Assembly (NCBI GenBank): GCA_038204425.1
Contig: JBBRCZ010000010.1
Location: forward strand, 1 to 64,000
Direction: 5' to 3'
Origin: Spirochaetia bacterium
Lineage (GTDB): Bacteria; Spirochaetota; Spirochaetia; DSM-27196; Salinispiraceae
DNA length: 64,000 bases
The first letter of the stretch is position 1; each line of letters begins with the position of its first letter. The position numbers and the translations under genes were made by a program. This document shows positions 29,886 to 40,416 of this stretch, piece after piece. Below the pieces are notes generated by a model. That model was not told where the DNA came from. It saw nothing but the letters and a program-made list of their open reading frames with translations, and made no database searches.

Positions 29886-31289
29886 ATGATCGCCTTGCGT
29901 ATTGCACAAATTTTGGCCCGTCAACCAAGTGACGAACGATTGACAATACAGGCTTGGGTTAGAACCAAACGCCAAGCAAAAGATGTTTGTTTTATTGATC
30001 TCAATGACGGATCTACTATCAGGAACATTCAAGTTGTTTTTGACAACAATCTTACTGGATTGGTCGATAAGCTCGTGTCAATTTCTACCGGAGCAAGTGT
30101 TAAGGTGACAGGTATACTCAAAGCAAGTCCAGCCCAGGGCCAAAGTGTAGAACTGGCTGGCGACGATATTACCTTGATTGGCCCAGCTGATCCGGAGACC
30201 TACCCCTTACAAAAAAAACAACATACTTTTGAGTTCTTGCGTGAAATTGCGCATTTGCGCCCGCGCAGTAACAGCTTTGGAGCAATAGCTCGCTTGCGCA
30301 ACACGCTTGCCATGGCCATCCATGATTTTTTTCAAAACCAAGGCTACTTGTGGGTTCATACTCCCATCATTACCGCCAGCGACGCCGAAGGTGCAGGTGA
30401 GATGTTCCAAGTGACTACCTTGGATCTGGACCTTTTGGCCAAGACCGACCCTGCCCGCTTTAAGGATGGCATCGACTACGGACGAGATTTTTTTGGCAAA
30501 AAGGCCCATCTCACTGTCAGTGGACAGCTAAATGGTGAGACTTATGCCAGCGCGCTAGGTCGAATCTACACTTTTGGGCCAACCTTTAGGGCAGAGAACT
30601 CCAATACTTCGCGGCATTTAGCAGAGTTTTGGATGGTCGAACCAGAGACCGCTTTTATGGATATCCATCAAAATATGGATAGCGCAGAGTCATTTATAAA
30701 ATTTGTTCTCGCCCGCGCCTTAGAAAAGTCAGCAGACGATCTTGATTTCTTTAACGAACGTATACAAAAAGGCCTAATAGATAGTCTGCAAAGTGTAGTC
30801 TCAAGTCCCTTTGAGAAAATAAGCTACACTCAAGCCGTAGAACAGTTACTTGGCTCAGGCAAAAAATTTGAATACCCGATAGTCTGGGGCAAAGACTTAC
30901 AAAGCGAACATGAGCGATTTTTGACAGAAGAAATCTACCAACGACCAGTAATAGTTACTAGTTATCCCAAAGAGATCAAAGCTTTTTACATGAAGATCAA
31001 TGATGACCAAAAAACAGTCCGGGCCATGGACGTTCTTGTGCCCCGCCTTGGTGAAATCATTGGAGGATCAGAACGAGAAGAACGATTGGATGTTTTACAG
31101 TCCCGCATGGATGAGCTGCATCTAAATCAAAAAGACTATTGGTGGTATCTAGACCTCAGGCGCTTTGGTACCGTACCTCACGCTGGGTTTGGGCTTGGTT
31201 TTGAACGTCTAATCCAGTACGTCAGCGGCATGCAAAACATTAGAGACGTAATTCCTTATCCCAGAACACCTAAGAGCGCAAATTTTTGA
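29886..31289 (+). CDS. asnS: Asparagine--tRNA ligase
   Basis: [36 protein letters not shown]. Confidence 0.98.
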   Translation: MIALRIAQILARQPSDERLTIQAWVRTKRQAKDVCFIDLNDGSTIRNIQVVFDNNLTGLVDKLVSISTGASVKVTGILKASPAQGQSVELAGDDITLIGPADPETYPLQKKQHTFEFLREIAHLRPRSNSFGAIARLRNTLAMAIHDFFQNQGYLWVHTPIITASDAEGAGEMFQVTTLDLDLLAKTDPARFKDGIDYGRDFFGKKAHLTVSGQLNGETYASALGRIYTFGPTFRAENSNTSRHLAEFWMVEPETAFMDIHQNMDSAESFIKFVLARALEKSADDLDFFNERIQKGLIDSLQSVVSSPFEKISYTQAVEQLLGSGKKFEYPIVWGKDLQSEHERFLTEEIYQRPVIVTSYPKEIKAFYMKINDDQKTVRAMDVLVPRLGEIIGGSEREERLDVLQSRMDELHLNQKDYWWYLDLRRFGTVPHAGFGLGFERLIQYVSGMQNIRDVIPYPRTPKSANF

Positions 31290-31320
31290 GATTATTGTCT
31301 AATAAAGCAAGGAGAATTTT

Positions 31321-31824
31321 GTGAACAACGACGACATAACACGCGGGCAGAGAATATTTAATATAATTGGTTGGATAGGCTTTATCTTTATGATTCCTGT
31401 CTTGCTCAATCTACTGGGCATTAAGGGTCCGAGTACTTGGCTAGAAACCTATCTCGGGTTTTGGTTAAACACAGCTACGCTGATTGCATGGTTCTTTATA
31501 TTTCAAGTTGCACGCACCATTTTTGGTAGTGCTCGAATCATAAGTCCGCTCATAATTGGCGCAGTGGTATCTTTCTTGATTATCGCGGCTACCATTCCAT
31601 TTGGGTTTATGGCGTGGTTCTACAATCTACTGCAACCAAGCACCATATTTGCCGGTCGCTGGCTCTCGTTGAGCGTTGGACTTTTTGTAATTATACTTGG
31701 TTATCTCTTAAGCTACAAACGACGACTTCACCCACTCGTTCAAGTTGTTGTACTAATTATTATTCCTGTCAGCTTTTTGATATTTTCCAAATACGCAGGC
31801 CTCTACAATGTAATTACTTGGTAA
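31321..31824 (+). CDS. Hypothetical membrane protein (~5 TM)
   Basis: AAGGAG RBS, multiple hydrophobic helices. Confidence 0.75.
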   Translation: MNNDDITRGQRIFNIIGWIGFIFMIPVLLNLLGIKGPSTWLETYLGFWLNTATLIAWFFIFQVARTIFGSARIISPLIIGAVVSFLIIAATIPFGFMAWFYNLLQPSTIFAGRWLSLSVGLFVIILGYLLSYKRRLHPLVQVVVLIIIPVSFLIFSKYAGLYNVITW

Positions 31825-31830
31825 ACGACG

Positions 31831-31866
31831 CAAGACGCCGACCAATGCGAACGGCGTCTTGGTTTT
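31831..31866. terminator. Intrinsic terminator between convergent genes
   Basis: CAAGACGCCG...CGGCGTCTTG followed by GTTTT. Confidence 0.7.
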
Positions 31867-31881
31867 GGTGCCGAGCTGACT

Positions 31882-33141
31882 TTAGGTCACGCTCGCCCAT
31901 GCATCATTTGCAACTGACTGCTTAACCAATTTGGCAAGCTTCTTGGCTTGTTCCTTAATTCGGTTAAGATCAGTTTCAGTTGGTCTACCTTTGAACTCTA
32001 CTGGTTCAATAAACTGCCAACCAGGCTTGTAACGTTCTAGCAACTCGTCGAGCTCTTTCTGAGCACCACCCGACCATCCAAACGAACCAAATCTAAAGGC
32101 CAATCTATTGAGGGCGCGTTTTTTGCACAGTTCATCAATAACGGCAAACATCGGCGGAAACATTTTATACTCGTAGGTCGGCATGCCAAAAACCAAAGCA
32201 CTGCTGTTCCAAACCGAGGCGAGAATATCCCCAATGTGGCTTTGAGGAACTTGATGCACGTGTACAATTACACCTTCGGCCTCTAGGGATTCTACAAGCG
32301 GCTTGACGGCTCTTTCGGTGTTGCCGTACATACTTCCCCAAAGAACCGTAACTTCTTCTTTACAGGGGCCTTTTTGGTACTTTGCATAACGTTTGTAGTC
32401 ATTAACGATTTTGAGTGGGTCTTTTCGCCATACTATGCCGTGACCCGGCGCAATAATCTTAAGTTGATCACCAATAATTTTTTCTACTTTTTCTATGGCT
32501 TTCTGAACAGGCAAACTGAACGCGGCTACAATGTTGGCATAATAGCGCACAGCCTCATTCTCAAAAAAGTCCAGATCTTTTTGGCTTAGGTTATCATCGT
32601 ATGGTGCATCTTCAATCGCGCCAAAACTGCCAAATGCATCGCAAGGCATTAAACAGCCAGTTTTGGTATCAAAAGTAGCAATGGTTTCGGGCCAATGCAC
32701 GTTTGGAATCTCGGCGAAAGCAAGCACATGCCCCTTGCCCAAATCAAGCGTATCGCCGTCTTTAACGATGCGCGTCTTGACTTCGATATTGTAGAAGGCC
32801 TTGAGCAGAACCACGGCCTTTTCACTAGTGACAATTTCAAAATTGTCCCCGCGTATGGCTCTAAACGCTTCGATCCAGCCAGAATGATCGGGCTCCATGT
32901 GATTGATAATTACATAGTCTATTTGATCAAGGGTAATGCTCAGTTTTTCAAGTTGGGCGAGTAAACTTTCTGGAACTCCATCCCAACCACAGACACCATC
33001 GACAATGGCAACCTTGTCACCTTTGATTATATACGAGTTCATGGAAACACCATTGGGTATGGGCCAGATCCCTTCAAACAGAATATCTTTTGTATTGGCA
33101 GAAAGTCTATAAATATCTTCGCAGACGGTCGTGACGTGCAT
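31882..33141 (-). CDS. fprA: Flavodiiron protein (A-type flavoprotein)
   Basis: NHMEPDHSG, HWPET, CDAFG, APGHG, SMYGNTE, FGSFGWSGG. Confidence 0.95.
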   Translation of the reverse strand: MHVTTVCEDIYRLSANTKDILFEGIWPIPNGVSMNSYIIKGDKVAIVDGVCGWDGVPESLLAQLEKLSITLDQIDYVIINHMEPDHSGWIEAFRAIRGDNFEIVTSEKAVVLLKAFYNIEVKTRIVKDGDTLDLGKGHVLAFAEIPNVHWPETIATFDTKTGCLMPCDAFGSFGAIEDAPYDDNLSQKDLDFFENEAVRYYANIVAAFSLPVQKAIEKVEKIIGDQLKIIAPGHGIVWRKDPLKIVNDYKRYAKYQKGPCKEEVTVLWGSMYGNTERAVKPLVESLEAEGVIVHVHQVPQSHIGDILASVWNSSALVFGMPTYEYKMFPPMFAVIDELCKKRALNRLAFRFGSFGWSGGAQKELDELLERYKPGWQFIEPVEFKGRPTETDLNRIKEQAKKLAKLVKQSVANDAWASVT

Positions 33142-33248
33142 GCGCTTGTCTCCTTTGATTGCTTTGGCAAGCTAATGATAATGGTGGGCTAAACTCTAAT
33201 GTTAGCTTGCAAAAATAACAAGCATGGCCAGGTCTATATGGCGCTATT

Positions 33249-33695
33249 TCAGCTCTGTCTGGCCATAAGTACGCGATCCAATGCCGCAGAAAAGGCGTGT
33301 TTTTCCTTGTCGCCAAAATTTGCACCGGATTGGCCGAGCAAACTACTGTCTCGTAACGATGCCATAAAATCCCGCTGACTAAGACGCTCGCGAATGCTGT
33401 CTTGTCTAAAAATTGTGCCTCTATCGTTAAGGACGGTGATACCTTTTTCCAAAAGTATGGCGGCAAATGGTATATCTCTTGTAAAAACGATATCATCGCC
33501 ACTAGCGTTTTCACTTATCCAGCGGTCGGCTTCGTCAGGAAGTGGAGAAACAAGAATGTATTCAATGTTGCTTTCGTGATTTTTTCTTGGTTTGCAGGAA
33601 ACCATGCGGATTTGAGCAGAACTACGCCTAGCTGCTCGCTGAAGCACCGGTACGAGTACCGTTGGGAACGAGTCTCCATCAATATAAAAATACAT
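33249..33695 (-). CDS. YaiI/YqxD (DUF188) family protein
   Basis: IDGDSFP, DEADRWI, TRDIPFAA. Confidence 0.88.
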   Translation of the reverse strand: MYFYIDGDSFPTVLVPVLQRAARRSSAQIRMVSCKPRKNHESNIEYILVSPLPDEADRWISENASGDDIVFTRDIPFAAILLEKGITVLNDRGTIFRQDSIRERLSQRDFMASLRDSSLLGQSGANFGDKEKHAFSAALDRVLMARQS

Positions 33696-33767
33696 GCCAA
33701 CAGTCTACTCTCACTCGGCACTTGCTTCAAGAGCAATCAAGGCTTAGACTTATGCACAGGAGTGCAC

Positions 33768-35081
33768 ATGAACCTTTTGGATCTCGAATCTAAGGTTAAA
33801 CAAGGCGATGCAGACCAGCTCTGTAATGAGCTAGGCTTGGACAAGGAAGCGCTTCCCCATCTCAGGATGCGGCACAGAATTGACTACTTGACCGCTCAGG
33901 CGAGAGAAGTATTTTCTTGGACCGACCAAACTGAGGTGGAAGTCTACTCTTCCCCGGCCCGAATCCGTTACATGGGCGACTACGGTCCTTTTTTTGGCGG
34001 CGACTGTCTTGGCTCACCGGTTCACCTCGATATGTTGGCAATCTCTCGACGCCGCGATGATCAAACTGCGCTTTTGACCAGCCATGGTTTTGAACCGCTC
34101 TACCATGTGGAGCTCGATGACGGTAAAGAAAAAGACTCCGAGGCAGGCGAACCATCGGCTTTGCTGCGCGGCGTCGCAAGCTATTTGCTTTCGCAAGGCT
34201 ACCCAGTAAAAGGTTTTGAGATTTCACTATACTCGCTCATACCTGGCAACATGAATTTTGCTTCGTCGACGGCATTGGCCTGCTTGTTTGGCACGTTAAT
34301 GGTGCATCAGTTGCCCGAGAGACCACAAGCCTGGGAAACCTTGGTAGCCAACGCAGCAGTTTTTGCAGAAGAGCAGTTCTTAGGCCGCAAATCCCATCCC
34401 GGTGACGCATGGATGTGCTTGGGTGGCCCGTTTGTTCACGTTTACAATGAAAATCAAGGTTTGCGCGTACGTTACTTGCATCCACCACGCAAGTTTGATG
34501 ACTACGCCATCGTTAACATAGACAGCTACGAGGGATTTATAGACAACGAGCAAGAAGCCCAAGTGGCGCTAGACGAACTATCTTTACTCGCTCAGGCACT
34601 TTGTGTAGCGCCCCAAGAACTTGCGCAACGTGGTGCTTCGACACTGGTCAACCACTGCACAGACGTCAGGACTAAAGCGGGCGACCGAGCCTTGTTGCGT
34701 GGACTGTTTGTAATGGACGAACAACAACGCATTAAAACTAGCGTTAAAGCCCTGGATTCGCAAGCTGGCTTTGGCGCCTTTTTGGATCTTGTTAATGTAT
34801 CCACCTCTACCTCGTATCGACAGATGCAAAACATATACTCATCGGTATCTCAGAGCGCTCGCGGCATCGGCGTGGCCATAGAACTCTCTGAGCGTTGGTT
34901 TAGGGCCATGGGCATTCCCGCCGCCATGCGACCACATGGAAAAGGCTTTTCTGGCTCCATTTTTACCTTTTTGCCTTCCAACAAGAGCCAATCCTATATT
35001 GAGTATATGGATACCATTTTTGGATCTGGCTCAGGTCGAAATTTATACATTCGCAGTCGCGGTAGCTGCCAAATCATTTAG
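33768..35081 (+). CDS. Galactokinase-like GHMP-fold protein, degenerate motifs
   Basis: Start moved to ATG 33768 (AGGAG); SPAR, FASSTA, GDRALLR, RPHGKGFSG. Confidence 0.7.
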   Translation: MNLLDLESKVKQGDADQLCNELGLDKEALPHLRMRHRIDYLTAQAREVFSWTDQTEVEVYSSPARIRYMGDYGPFFGGDCLGSPVHLDMLAISRRRDDQTALLTSHGFEPLYHVELDDGKEKDSEAGEPSALLRGVASYLLSQGYPVKGFEISLYSLIPGNMNFASSTALACLFGTLMVHQLPERPQAWETLVANAAVFAEEQFLGRKSHPGDAWMCLGGPFVHVYNENQGLRVRYLHPPRKFDDYAIVNIDSYEGFIDNEQEAQVALDELSLLAQALCVAPQELAQRGASTLVNHCTDVRTKAGDRALLRGLFVMDEQQRIKTSVKALDSQAGFGAFLDLVNVSTSTSYRQMQNIYSSVSQSARGIGVAIELSERWFRAMGIPAAMRPHGKGFSGSIFTFLPSNKSQSYIEYMDTIFGSGSGRNLYIRSRGSCQII

Positions 35082-35200
35082 TTCTATAGCTAACCAGCAT
35101 CTGCTTTTCTTTCAAAGAGCCTCGGCAGCTTGAATTTTTTGATAGCACTGTTTAAAGTCGCCTGTAATCATCAATTCTTTCTACGCGTTAAGGAGCCACC

Positions 35201-36865
35201 ATGGAAGTCTCTGCACTGCAGACAGCACGGTACCAATACCAGCCCAAACTTCCCCCAGTCTTACGGGGAGACATCGCCAACATTTCTGTAAAACTTGGTA
35301 AAGCAACCCAATCCATCGCCAACCAAGAAGAACTCAAACAAGTCTTCAGCAGTACCTACGGGGCTCCTGTGGCAGAGCTTGTGACGCAAAAAAACGATCA
35401 AAGCGGCAAGCAACTTTGCTTGGCCGTAGTCTTGTCAGGTGGTCAAGCTCCTGGTGGGCACAACGTTATTGCTGGACTCTATGATGGTCTAAAGAAAGGC
35501 AACAAAAAGAGTCGTTTATTGGGCGCAAAGGGAGGTCCAAAAGGACTTATCGATGGCAGCTTTATCGAAATCGACGATGCCTTTATGGACAGATATCGAA
35601 ACACCGGTGGCTTTGACATGATAGGCTCAGGCCGCGACAAAATTGAACAATCTACCGATCTAGAAAAAGTAGTGGCAGTTTGTAGCAAAGAAGGTATAGA
35701 CGGTGTAGTTATTATTGGCGGGGACGACTCAAACACCAACGCTGCAGTACTTGCCGAGTACTTTAAGAAGAAGAATGTAGATGTCGGCGTGGTTGGCTGT
35801 CCAAAAACCATTGACGGTGACCTCAAGAACGAGCACATTGAGACTAGTTTTGGTTTTGATACGGCCTGTAAAACCTACAGCGAACTTATTGGCAACATTG
35901 GTCGCGATGCAAACTCAGCCAAAAAATATTGGCACTTCATTAAGCTCATGGGCCGCTCAGCCAGCCACATCACGCTTGAATGTGCACTGCAGGTGCAACC
36001 TAACATTTGCCTAATTGGTGAAGAAGTTTCAGCCAAAAAGCAGACGCTGGATCAAATTGTCAACTATATCGCAGAAATTATCGCCAATCGCGCCAAAAAG
36101 GGCTCCAACTTTGGTATTGCTCTTATTCCCGAAGGTCTCATTGAATTTATTCCCGAGGTTGGCGCATTGATAAGCCAATTATCTGATGTCTTAGCCCACG
36201 ATCACGAGGCAGACAAAACATTTGAGAAGCTCGCTAGTTTGGAAGCGCAACTTTTGTGGTTGCTAGGCAATTTGAGTCCAGAAAACAATAAAGTTTTGGC
36301 TGCACTTCCAAGTGATATCCAGCGCCAGTTGTTTTTGGACAGAGACAGCCACGGCAACGTGCAAGTTTCTTTGATCGAAACAGAAAAGCTAATCATTGAG
36401 TTGGTAAAAAGAAAACTTAAGACTTGGGCAGCCGAAGGCACCTATCAAGGCAAATTTTCGGCCTTGTCGCATTTCTTTGGCTATGAAGGTCGTTGTGCAT
36501 TTCCCTCCAATTTTGACGCCGACTATTGTTACAGCCTCGGTTTTACAGCCTTTATTCTCTTTAATGCTGGGCTTACCGGCTACCTCTCCAGCGTCAAAAA
36601 CACGCATTTGAGCGCTGACAAATGGACAGCGGGTGGAATCCCTATCACTATGATGATGAATCTCGAGCAGCGTCATGGCAAGCCAAAACCGGTTATCAAG
36701 AAAGCATTGGTAGAACTAGATGCAAAACCATTTAAGACTTTTGCCAAAAATCGCGATACCTGGGCTGTAGAAACAGCCTACCTCTATCCTGGAGCCATTC
36801 AATATTACGGGCCAAGTGAAGTCTGCGACCAACCCACTAAAACCTTGTTGCTCGAGCAGAACTAG
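35201..36865 (+). CDS. pfp: Pyrophosphate-dependent 6-phosphofructokinase (long clade)
   Basis: [38 protein letters not shown]. Confidence 0.97.
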   Translation: MEVSALQTARYQYQPKLPPVLRGDIANISVKLGKATQSIANQEELKQVFSSTYGAPVAELVTQKNDQSGKQLCLAVVLSGGQAPGGHNVIAGLYDGLKKGNKKSRLLGAKGGPKGLIDGSFIEIDDAFMDRYRNTGGFDMIGSGRDKIEQSTDLEKVVAVCSKEGIDGVVIIGGDDSNTNAAVLAEYFKKKNVDVGVVGCPKTIDGDLKNEHIETSFGFDTACKTYSELIGNIGRDANSAKKYWHFIKLMGRSASHITLECALQVQPNICLIGEEVSAKKQTLDQIVNYIAEIIANRAKKGSNFGIALIPEGLIEFIPEVGALISQLSDVLAHDHEADKTFEKLASLEAQLLWLLGNLSPENNKVLAALPSDIQRQLFLDRDSHGNVQVSLIETEKLIIELVKRKLKTWAAEGTYQGKFSALSHFFGYEGRCAFPSNFDADYCYSLGFTAFILFNAGLTGYLSSVKNTHLSADKWTAGGIPITMMMNLEQRHGKPKPVIKKALVELDAKPFKTFAKNRDTWAVETAYLYPGAIQYYGPSEVCDQPTKTLLLEQN

Positions 36866-36908
36866 AAATTTAGAGACGGACCATGAGCTGAACTATGTAA
36901 AACACGGG

Positions 36909-37625
36909 TCAGCTCTTGGTCCAGTCTTTCCAAGAACCAAAAAGCCGACCCTGCCTAGTTTTGACTCTTGTTTTGAGTCCACTTAAATATTCTAGGCGTG
37001 TAATTTCTCGTGCACCAAAACTGTAGAACAGGTCAGTGTGAACTTGTGAATCGATTAGATCAATTCCACGTTTCTTCAATGCCTGACACAGATGATAGAA
37101 TGCCAGTTTAGAAGCATTGCTGACCAGAGAAAACATTGATTCGCCACAGAACAAAGAGTCTAGTGCTACGCCATACAAGCCAGCGACCAAGTTTCCATCT
37201 AGCCAAGTTTCCACCGAATGAGCATATCCCAGTCGATGCAAATGCAGATAAGAATCCTGAATATCTTGCACAATCCAAGTACCTGACTGGCCGGGTCTTG
37301 GCGCTTGTGAACAATGTTTAATTACTTGGTCAAATGCGGTGTCAAAAGTAAAGGTAAACTCATTTTTTTTGACCAGTTTTTGTAACGACGAACTAAAGTG
37401 AAGGTCAGATAGCTTTAATACAAACCTTGGATCTGGACTCCACCAAAGAATAGGTTCTTTATGGGAGTACCAAGGAAAAAAACCTCGCTCATAGGCCGAT
37501 AGCACCATTCCTGGCGACAGGTTACCTCCCGCACAGATTGGCCCGTCGCCGGGCCCAAGTGCTGGATCAGGAAAATCAAAAATATCATACGCATCCAGAT
37601 ACGGAAATTCTTCTTGCCTAGACAA
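36909..37625 (-). CDS. aat: Leucyl/phenylalanyl-tRNA--protein transferase
   Basis: GFFPW, LWWSPDPR, AHSVETW, FCGESMFS, NASK. Confidence 0.95.
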   Translation of the reverse strand: MSRQEEFPYLDAYDIFDFPDPALGPGDGPICAGGNLSPGMVLSAYERGFFPWYSHKEPILWWSPDPRFVLKLSDLHFSSSLQKLVKKNEFTFTFDTAFDQVIKHCSQAPRPGQSGTWIVQDIQDSYLHLHRLGYAHSVETWLDGNLVAGLYGVALDSLFCGESMFSLVSNASKLAFYHLCQALKKRGIDLIDSQVHTDLFYSFGAREITRLEYLSGLKTRVKTRQGRLFGSWKDWTKS

Positions 37626-37636
37626 AGCTAAACCAA

Positions 37637-40039
37637 TTACTTCAAATCAGTCTTTTTTTTCTTAGGTTTAGCGATGGCCGACTCAAAATCCATCTCCAAC
37701 TTATCGTCGACCAAGCTTACCTTGGCCTTACCACCGTGTTCGAGCTTTCCAAACAATACTTGATCTATGAATATTGCACGAATCTTGTCATCAACAAGTC
37801 TTGCAATATTACGGGCACCATACTCCGCTGAGTAACCCTGAGCGGCCAAGTATTCTACTACTTGATCACTAATCTCAAGCTCCACGTCTTTCTCTTTTAG
37901 CTGCACTTCAAACTCGCGCAGTTCTTTTCTGACGATGTTTTGCACCACTTTGATGTCAAGCGCATTAAACTGCACTACTTTATCGAGTCGGTTTCTAAAC
38001 TCCGGACTAAAAAGTCTGTCTACGGCGTCAGCAACTGCGCTTTCCGTAATTGATCGGCTGCCAAAGCCGATCAGCGGCTTGCCGATTTCTCGGGCTCCTG
38101 CGTTGGAAGTCATAATCAATACTACGTTTCTAAAGTCAGCTTTACGACCGCTATTGTCAGTCAAAGTCGCGTAGTCCATAACCTGCAAGAGAATGTTAAA
38201 GATGTCTACATGGGCTTTTTCTATCTCATCGAGCAATAGTACTGCGTGAGGTGTTTTTCTTATCGCCTCAGTCAACAGACCACCTTCTTCGTAACCTACG
38301 TATCCCGGAGGTGATCCAATAAGTCTGCTCACGGCGTGACGCTCTTGGTATTCACTCATATCAAAGCGTAGTAGTTCGACACCCAGACTCAAGGCCAGCT
38401 GCTTGGCAAGTTCAGTCTTTCCTACTCCAGTTGGCCCAACAAAAAGAAAGTTTGCCACCGGTTTGTTGGCCTTCCTGAAACCTGCTCGTGATCGTTTAAC
38501 CGCTTCAACAACTTTGATCAAGGCCTCATCCTGACCAAAAACAACCGATCGCAAATCTGACTCAAGACGCGACAGTCGTTCCTTTTCGCTAAGGCCTACC
38601 GTTCTGACTGGTATCCTGGCTATGCGGCTCACCACTTGTTCAATCAGGTCAACACCTATTTGGGGCCATTTACTCTCGTCGAGTGGCTCAAGGGCAACCT
38701 TCTCCAGTTGCATGCTAGCTTCTTTGACGTCTGACTTGTAGTGGCGCATGCGCACCAAAGCCCCGGCTTCGTCAATAACGTCGATCGCCTTATCAGGAAG
38801 GTGCCTGTCGTTTATGTATTGTGCAGAAAGCTCAACAGCCAACTCAAGTGCCTCATCCGAAAAGTGGACTTGATGAAATTGCTCATACTTGGTCCGCAGA
38901 CCTTTGAGAATTTCCAGTGCCTCAGCGTTGCTCGGTTCATTTATATCTATGTGTTGGAAGCGTCGGGCAAGTGCCTTATCTCGTTCAAGAAACTTACGAT
39001 ACTCCTCAGGAGTGGTAGCCCCAATAACTCGTAACTTGCCCGAACTGAGCGCGGGTTTTAACAGATTGGACGCATCCATTGCACCGCCCGACGTTGCTCC
39101 AGCGCCGACAATGGTATGGATCTCATCAATAAAAAGTATCGACTTCTTTTCTTGTTCCAGCGCCTTGAGAACTGCCTTGATTCGTTCTTCAAAATCCCCT
39201 CGGTAGCGCGTACCTGCCAGTAAGGCACCCATGTCTAGCGAATAGAGCTTGTAGTCTTTGAGTAGGTCCGGAACGTCGCCAGAGGCTATACATTGTGCCA
39301 AGCCTTCAGTAACGGCAGTTTTTCCTACCCCAGGGGCCCCCAAGTGAACAGGGTTGTTTTTGAGCCGCCGACACAAGATTTGCATGGTTCGTTCCAAAAT
39401 CTCACTGCGACCTACTAATGGCTCAAGCTCACCAGCTCGTGCAGCAGCAACCAAGTCGCGCGTAAAGTTTTTGAGTGCCTTGGCAGGATTGCTGTTAGAA
39501 GCCTCACCGCCTTGAGGCTCTGGCCCCGTACTGGCTTCTTCTTTGTCTTGATCTTCTGGTTTTTCATTAGAGATTTCTTGGTCGCCCATGCGCTCTCTCA
39601 TTTCGGCTTCACTTCTTCCCAAGACATGGGAAATAACCTCTAGCATAGACAAACGATTTACGCCTGCTTTATTGAGATAAAAAGCCGCAAAACTTTCTTC
39701 TTCGTCGTACATAGCTATCAGAATGTCGCCCATTTCTATGCTTTCTTTTTCGGCGTGCTCGGAATGCATAGCGGCTTGCGTGATAATGTTCTGAAAACCC
39801 AAAGATTGGTCGGGAATATCTCTTTGTACTACAGGGACTTTTTCTAACAAGTGGCGGGCAAGATCCTGCATTATGGCATCAGCTTGTGCCCCACAAGCTT
39901 TAACCAATTCTCGCACATAGGGAAAATGTAGTCCTGCATATAAAACATGTTCGGGCGTCAAAAACTCATGCTTTTTAAGTCTAGCTTCTTGATAAGCGGC
40001 ATTCATAATATCTTGAACTTCAATACTTACATTCATCAT
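37637..40039 (-). CDS. clpA: ATP-dependent Clp protease ATPase ClpA
   Basis: Two AAA+ modules (GVGKT twice), LIGF ClpP-docking loop, no middle domain, downstream of clpS. Confidence 0.95.
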   Translation of the reverse strand: MMNVSIEVQDIMNAAYQEARLKKHEFLTPEHVLYAGLHFPYVRELVKACGAQADAIMQDLARHLLEKVPVVQRDIPDQSLGFQNIITQAAMHSEHAEKESIEMGDILIAMYDEEESFAAFYLNKAGVNRLSMLEVISHVLGRSEAEMRERMGDQEISNEKPEDQDKEEASTGPEPQGGEASNSNPAKALKNFTRDLVAAARAGELEPLVGRSEILERTMQILCRRLKNNPVHLGAPGVGKTAVTEGLAQCIASGDVPDLLKDYKLYSLDMGALLAGTRYRGDFEERIKAVLKALEQEKKSILFIDEIHTIVGAGATSGGAMDASNLLKPALSSGKLRVIGATTPEEYRKFLERDKALARRFQHIDINEPSNAEALEILKGLRTKYEQFHQVHFSDEALELAVELSAQYINDRHLPDKAIDVIDEAGALVRMRHYKSDVKEASMQLEKVALEPLDESKWPQIGVDLIEQVVSRIARIPVRTVGLSEKERLSRLESDLRSVVFGQDEALIKVVEAVKRSRAGFRKANKPVANFLFVGPTGVGKTELAKQLALSLGVELLRFDMSEYQERHAVSRLIGSPPGYVGYEEGGLLTEAIRKTPHAVLLLDEIEKAHVDIFNILLQVMDYATLTDNSGRKADFRNVVLIMTSNAGAREIGKPLIGFGSRSITESAVADAVDRLFSPEFRNRLDKVVQFNALDIKVVQNIVRKELREFEVQLKEKDVELEISDQVVEYLAAQGYSAEYGARNIARLVDDKIRAIFIDQVLFGKLEHGGKAKVSLVDDKLEMDFESAIAKPKKKKTDLK

Positions 40040-40073
40040 CAGTCTCCCTGTTTAGTAAAAACACCTTTTGTGC

Positions 40074-40400
40074 TTAGGCTGGCTCAACTTGGCATTGCAG
40101 TGGAAAGCCCTCTGCACGCGCGCGATGATGTACCTGGCCAGCTTTTGAAACAGCAATATCGTAGGTAAAGGTAGAAACCACCCCCCTGCCCTTTCTATGA
40201 ACATCTAGCATTATTCTAGTAGCTGTCGTTGCATCGCAGCCAAAAACCTCTACCAGAACCTCCACTACAAAATCTCTGGTAGTATAATCATCGTTGATCA
40301 AGACAACCTTGTACATACTAGGTTCCTTGATCTTAACTTGTTCTTTTTCGAGAGTGTCTGTCCCAAAATCCGGTTTGTCCGAACCATGTTTTTTTGCCAT
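40074..40400 (-). CDS. clpS: Clp adaptor ClpS
   Basis: YKVVLINDDYT, MLDVHRKG, FPL. Confidence 0.96.
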   Translation of the reverse strand: MAKKHGSDKPDFGTDTLEKEQVKIKEPSMYKVVLINDDYTTRDFVVEVLVEVFGCDATTATRIMLDVHRKGRGVVSTFTYDIAVSKAGQVHHRARAEGFPLQCQVEPA

Positions 40401-40416
40401 CTTGTTGGTCCTTAGT

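Noticed and set aside
33402..33767. N-terminal 122 aa of the 559-aa ORF
   Set aside because: Overlaps the antisense DUF188 gene; RBS supports ATG 33768
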